DNA of 12,107 nt, taken from positions 1-12,107 of the forward strand of contig RDOA01000073.1 of assembly GCA_011364925.1 (NCBI GenBank), in the 5' to 3' direction. The notes beneath the pieces were generated by a model. It ran no database searches and had not been told where the DNA came from. It saw nothing but the letters and a program-made list of their open reading frames with translations. The translations under genes were made by a program, and so were the position numbers. Shown here in pieces: positions 7,798 through 12,107 of the stretch; positions within the stretch are counted from its first letter, which is position 1; each line of letters starts with the position of its first letter. The stretch comes from Promethearchaeota archaeon (lineage in GTDB: Archaea > Asgardarchaeota > Lokiarchaeia > Sigyniarchaeales > SOKP01).

Positions 7798-8109
7798 CCA
7801 TGCTCGGGGCGTACATTCTTATCTTTTTTATAAACATAGATCTTTCCAAGCTGTAATTTCAACAAGGCTTATATGTTCTTTTTAATCTTCAGTTTTAAAA
7901 AATAAGAAGAAATATACGGTGTTATTAAAAAAACACCGAATTATGGAACAATCCCAGTTTCACCAGGCATTCTATTCCCTCCGATTAATAGTTAAAGGAA
8001 AATTTACTTTCTTTTTTATTTTAGAGTGAAAATGTTCAAAATTTAAGTGTTGCTTAATATTCTATTTTTATCGAATTATTTAAAGTCCGAAATTGTTAGA
8101 ATTTTTTTC

Positions 8110-9333
8110 TTAAATTAAATCAGACGGCAAAATGGGATTAACAAGTAAGTTTCGAAAATTCTTAATTGAAGGTATTTCTCCAAATTTTTGCTTTATAATC
8201 TTAGTTCCAATGTTGTAAGTAAACGCGTTTTTTGAATAAACAGGATTATTTAATCTTTTTATTTGATTTCTAATATCCTCTTTACTGAAAATTTCAAATT
8301 GAGATCCATATTCTAGTAATTTTTTATCAGTGTATTTTTCAATAAGTGCACGATACGCAAAATCATACCAAAAAAGTGAAATTTTATGTCTTATTCTATT
8401 CTGGGCTATTAGAGCTTCAAGAGAGTCTTCTTTTGATGAATTTGGACAAAATTCTCGCAGACTAATTTCTACAATTTCTTGATCAGAAAAAAGAATACTT
8501 AATGCTAGATCAGCAATTCCTTCAGCAATTATTAATTTTGGGCTTTGAAATATTAATAATGAATGCTCAAATTGATTCAATTCGCGATATAACTTCTTTT
8601 CATTTAGAACAAAATGAGTATGATGGCCAGGGTATCCTTCATGAGCAGCACTCGAAAGTAAACTAGTCCAATAAATGCTATAACTAGGATTCACCTCTAT
8701 TCGACTAGTGAAATTACCCAAATACCAATTATAGTAGTTCCATACTATTTTTTGGCTTGATTCATTGTTTCCTACTAGTTCAATCATAATTCTTTCATTT
8801 TCAGGTAAAAGCTTTTGAAATAAATGCTCAGTCTGTTTTTTAACTATTTTAAGAGCTTTTTTGAATAGATGATAAGTTTGGGTCTCGGGAACTTTTCTTA
8901 TCTCTCTTAAATATGCCATTCTTGCTCCCAAATCTTGAAAACCTCCATAAGCCCTATTGAACTCGTATCTTAAGTTTTCAAACTCAGATTCATTAACTGG
9001 TTCTAAAAATGCATCATATAGTCTTAAAAATTGTTCCTCAATAGGCATCTCGATACCTATTAAATTTTCTACAGAAGTTTTTATAGCTGTTAAAAGTTTT
9101 GTTAAGTAGTGTTCTCGTGTTTTCCCATAACCTTGTACTTCCAAATTTTTTATTAAATCATTACAATCATTCAAGAGTTTGTATGGTGATTTCAAAGATT
9201 CATTTTCAACAAGTTTCTTTATTTTTTCTGGACCAAAATAAAAATCTATATATCCCTTAATATGCTTGTCAATTCGAAGTACCAAGAAGAGAAAATTTTC
9301 TCCAAACTTTGAAATTTTTACCATCTTTAACAA
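8110..9333 (-). CDS. DUF885-like zincin metallopeptidase-fold protein
   Basis: 'AAHEGYPGHHTH' plus downstream 'IAEGIA' match the HExxPGHH...EG pattern of DUF885/gluzincin-like proteins. No signal peptide apparent. Confidence 0.7.
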   Translation of the reverse strand: MLKMVKISKFGENFLFLVLRIDKHIKGYIDFYFGPEKIKKLVENESLKSPYKLLNDCNDLIKNLEVQGYGKTREHYLTKLLTAIKTSVENLIGIEMPIEEQFLRLYDAFLEPVNESEFENLRYEFNRAYGGFQDLGARMAYLREIRKVPETQTYHLFKKALKIVKKQTEHLFQKLLPENERIMIELVGNNESSQKIVWNYYNWYLGNFTSRIEVNPSYSIYWTSLLSSAAHEGYPGHHTHFVLNEKKLYRELNQFEHSLLIFQSPKLIIAEGIADLALSILFSDQEIVEISLREFCPNSSKEDSLEALIAQNRIRHKISLFWYDFAYRALIEKYTDKKLLEYGSQFEIFSKEDIRNQIKRLNNPVYSKNAFTYNIGTKIIKQKFGEIPSIKNFRNLLVNPILPSDLI

Positions 9334-9474
9334 GCCAGAGGAATTTCTTAAATAAAAAGTGTAAATATTAGAATCTTTAATACTAATTGATTTTGCTTAA
9401 TTTAACAATTTTGATTATTTAGTAAAAACTTTTATCGAACTGATTCCTTTGTACGATATCATTTAAGAAATAAG

Positions 9475-9999
9475 TTAAGTTTGGTTAGCGTAATATATCA
9501 ACCACTTTGCCATGGCTTGAAACGATTCTTGTATATTAATGTTCTCTTTTGACGAGGTAAAAACACACTGATTACATTTAGCTTGAGTAGCGTATTCATT
9601 TGCGATATCGTAGTCAACTTCATGGTTAGCTAAGTCCCATTTCATTCCTAAGAGGATTATCGGGATAAAACCTGCTTTCTGACGGATAATTTTTAACCAC
9701 ACCGGTATCTCTCGGAATGTGTCGTAGTCTGTTATATCGAAACAAATTAATCCTCCACTTGCGCCTTTGCAGTAATCTGGTAAGAGTTCTCGAAAGCGTT
9801 TTTCACCGGCGAAATCCCATAATTGCATCTTTACGGACTCTCCGGTGTCAAGTAGTTCTGATTTCGTGTGAAATCCAGCTCCAATCGTCATTTTATAGCC
9901 TTCTTGAAATTTGCCAGTACAGTATCGAGTTACCATTGCGGTTTTTCCTACACCACCCGCTCCTGCTACAATTACCTTAAATATCCACGAACTCATCAT
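9475..9999 (-). CDS. Rab-like (Ras superfamily) small GTPase
   Basis: GAGGVGKT, TIGAGF, LWDFAG, RFRELL..YCKGA (RabF-like), GMKWD (G4), TSSK (G5); no C-terminal prenylation motif. Confidence 0.92.
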   Translation of the reverse strand: MMSSWIFKVIVAGAGGVGKTAMVTRYCTGKFQEGYKMTIGAGFHTKSELLDTGESVKMQLWDFAGEKRFRELLPDYCKGASGGLICFDITDYDTFREIPVWLKIIRQKAGFIPIILLGMKWDLANHEVDYDIANEYATQAKCNQCVFTSSKENINIQESFQAMAKWLIYYANQT

Positions 10000-10207
10000 T
10001 TCTTATTACAAGAATCCTTTACTTTATTAGTTTAAATAAGAATTCGTTTTCTTAATAATGCTAAATCGGTGTACACTTTTTATAAAACTTAATATTTTTA
10101 AAATTATTTAAAACTAAAATAAAAAAAGGTTTTTATAAGAATTTAGTCTTATATTTTTTGGGATTATATGTTTAATCTTTTAATAATAAAGGTTGTGAAA
10201 AAAGAGT

Positions 10208-10537
10208 ATTAAAGACGACGACATTTGTGCGATATGTAGTTTTCCAAAAGACCTATGTATATGCGATAGCTTAAGCGCAGACGAACAACAAATAATCATT
10301 TCTAACGACCGACGTAAATGGGGGCGCGTGGTCACAGTTATCAAGTTTGAAGGAAATATTGAAGCTAATTTAAAGGATATCCTAACGCAAGCTAAAAGAA
10401 AAATGGCATCAGGAGGAACTGTAAGAGGTAACGAGATCGAACTTCAAGGCGATCATAAACTAAAGCTTAAAAAGTTCCTGATTGATTTAGGTTTTCCTGA
10501 GGAAAATATTTTTATCCAGGAAAGGAAGAACACATAA
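10208..10537 (+). CDS. sui1: Translation initiation factor aIF1/SUI1 (109 aa if started at ATT 10208; the track's GTG start at 10328 is a truncation)
   Basis: In-frame extension IKDDDICAICSFPKDLCICDSLSADEQQIIISNDRRKWGRVVTVI matches the archaeal SUI1 N-terminus (CxxC..PK.LCxC, RRxG). C-terminal 'ASGGTV..NEIELQGDH' SUI1 signature. In-frame TGA at 10196-10198 bounds the ORF. Confidence 0.9.
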   Translation: MKDDDICAICSFPKDLCICDSLSADEQQIIISNDRRKWGRVVTVIKFEGNIEANLKDILTQAKRKMASGGTVRGNEIELQGDHKLKLKKFLIDLGFPEENIFIQERKNT

Positions 10538-10619
10538 CAACTAAAGCACAAAATAGCAATATAAAGCATTTATCTTTCTTTTAATATCATAGTTTCAATA
10601 AAAAAGATATTAGATTTTA

Positions 10620-11057
10620 ATGAGTACACTATACTATAAGGTAATTTTTAAGGGCATTAAGGGTGATTCATCCGAATCATATTCTCTGACTTTTAAAGAC
10701 ATAAATCTAGAAAAACCTATTAAGATTCCCTCTCAATTTTTCGCTTCTCTAAAGTCACTAAGCCAAAAACAAACAAATGTTATAAATTTTCAAAATATTC
10801 GAGAAGTAGTAAAAATTGGAGATTCCGATGACAAATACAATTTTAATTATTATATTGTTGTTCTCTTTACAAATTTAACGGATGGAAATAAAGAGGGTTT
10901 TTTAGTAGGGAATTTAAAAAAACATGGAGATATTTTAATAGGAATTTGGCCTTTTAATCAAGAAAACGATTCATTATCTTCAGAATCAATTTTAGGAAAA
11001 CTAAGGCTCCTAACTGAGGGAAATAAGTTTAAAGATATTTGCGTAATATATTCTTAA
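10620..11057 (+). CDS. Hypothetical protein (145 aa)
   Basis: ATG-started 438-nt ORF filling the gap in AT-rich DNA, with globular alpha/beta-like composition and no recognised motif. Confidence 0.7.
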   Translation: MSTLYYKVIFKGIKGDSSESYSLTFKDINLEKPIKIPSQFFASLKSLSQKQTNVINFQNIREVVKIGDSDDKYNFNYYIVVLFTNLTDGNKEGFLVGNLKKHGDILIGIWPFNQENDSLSSESILGKLRLLTEGNKFKDICVIYS

Positions 11058-11084
11058 ATCGAGCCTATTTTAGGATTAAAAGAA

Positions 11085-12020
11085 CTAAAAATAACTTTCT
11101 TCATTTTTTTTTAAAAAATCTATCAATTCTATTTCATTTGGCATTCCTGGTCTTGCTCCGAGCTTCTGAATTTTTAATGCGGCAGCCGCGTTAGCATATT
11201 TACAAGATTTTTCTAGGTCCCAACCTTTTATCCAATAAGCCAAAGAGAATGCGCCATTAAAAGTGTCTCCAGCACCAGTTGTGTCGATTACATTCTTTAC
11301 TTCATAGGAAGGTATTGCTTTTTGAAACTCCTTTGTTGTTATCAATACACCATTATGTCCTAAAGTAATTATAACAATTGGAATCCCCTTGTTAACTAAA
11401 TTCTGAGCAGCTTTCTCCGGTTTACTACAATTTGTTATGAATTTCGCACCTTCCTTGTTAGGAAGCAAAATATCAGCATTCATTAGCACATTTTTTAGAT
11501 TACTCCACCCTCTTACCGCGATTTGGGATTCTAGATCTATGCTGATCCTGACATCGTTTTGCTTTGCAATTTCAATAGCTTTTTCTGTAACTTCCTGATG
11601 AATAACTGTAGTATGTAGTAGTTTAGAATTTGAGATATAATCTTCACTCAAGTCCTCAATTTCTATTTTAGTAGTCTGCATATGAGGGGATTGGATAATA
11701 GTTTTCTCTCCTTGAGCAAGAAATATGAAATTGACTGGCGTTTTCTTGTCAACAATTTTTTTAATACAAGTAATATCGACATTTTCCTTCACAAAATCTT
11801 CAACTAAATAATCACCGTAAGAATCATATCCAACAGCTCCTATAAATCCACTTCTTCCACCTAATCTCGCAGTGGCTACTAGGTAATTTGCTGTTACTCC
11901 TCCTGGAAAATAATTTTCACTTAAAGCATTAATTTTTTCATCAGGTTTTGGAAAGTGTGGGATTTCAGTAACCCAATCTATTACGATTTCTCCTAAACCT
12001 ACAATATCAACCTGTTTCAT
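11085..12020 (-). CDS. PfkB/ribokinase-family carbohydrate kinase
   Basis: PGGVTAN..ATARLG...IGAVGYDSYG (signature 1), NKEGA, ITLGHNG, DTTGAGDTFNGAF (signature 2). Confidence 0.93.
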   Translation of the reverse strand: MKQVDIVGLGEIVIDWVTEIPHFPKPDEKINALSENYFPGGVTANYLVATARLGGRSGFIGAVGYDSYGDYLVEDFVKENVDITCIKKIVDKKTPVNFIFLAQGEKTIIQSPHMQTTKIEIEDLSEDYISNSKLLHTTVIHQEVTEKAIEIAKQNDVRISIDLESQIAVRGWSNLKNVLMNADILLPNKEGAKFITNCSKPEKAAQNLVNKGIPIVIITLGHNGVLITTKEFQKAIPSYEVKNVIDTTGAGDTFNGAFSLAYWIKGWDLEKSCKYANAAAALKIQKLGARPGMPNEIELIDFLKKNEESYF

Positions 12021-12107
12021 GACTTCTAACTATACAGTTTTTTATTATCTAGCATCTAATAAACATTAGAAACCACAAATATTAAAAAAAGATACTAAAA
12101 AAAGAAA

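Larger units (their letters stand above)
7639..7811 (+). tRNA. tRNA-Asn(GTT) with three non-canonical introns
   Basis: Acceptor GCCTCGA/TCGGGGC+G73; D-stem GCTC/GAGC; anticodon stem CCCGG/CCGGG, loop CT^GTT-AA; variable CGGTC; T-stem GCATG/CATGC, loop TTCGAT^C. Mature length 74-76 nt. Confidence 0.9.

Noticed and set aside
9717-9980. 87-aa plus-strand ORF
   Set aside because: Antisense to the small GTPase gene.
10193-10198. In-frame TTG-TGA as a start with selenocysteine or readthrough at codon 2
   Set aside because: The TGA is not at a conserved Cys position and I found no SECIS-like hairpin after the gene.
10328-10537. ORF-track GTG start for SUI1 (69 aa)
   Set aside because: It would delete 40 in-frame codons containing the conserved Cys motifs and the RRxG loop.

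Overview
AT-rich archaeal chromosomal window, most likely from an Asgard archaeon (Lokiarchaeia/Promethearchaeota-like). This is inferred from the archaeal 16S 3' end, a group II chaperonin, a tandem roadblock protein and a Rab-like small GTPase. It opens with the 3' end of a 16S rRNA gene and an intron-containing tRNA-Ala(TGC), with no 23S gene following. Next come ychF, a membrane-anchored HerA/VirB4-like ATPase, a thermosome subunit, tsr3 overlapping a double-roadblock gene, a tRNA cluster, a DUF885-like zincin, a Rab-like GTPase, aIF1/SUI1, a hypothetical protein and a PfkB kinase. Two signals stand out. (1) Three tRNA genes are split by six short introns, all at non-canonical positions and each folding into a bulge-helix-bulge (BHB)-type motif: tRNA-Ala has 1, tRNA-Glu 2 and tRNA-Asn 3. 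(2) The conserved Cys-rich N-terminus of aIF1/SUI1 has no in-frame ATG/GTG/TTG and appears to start at ATT, suggesting IF3/eIF1-style autoregulation through a poor start codon. All folding and family assignments were made by eye, with no database searches.
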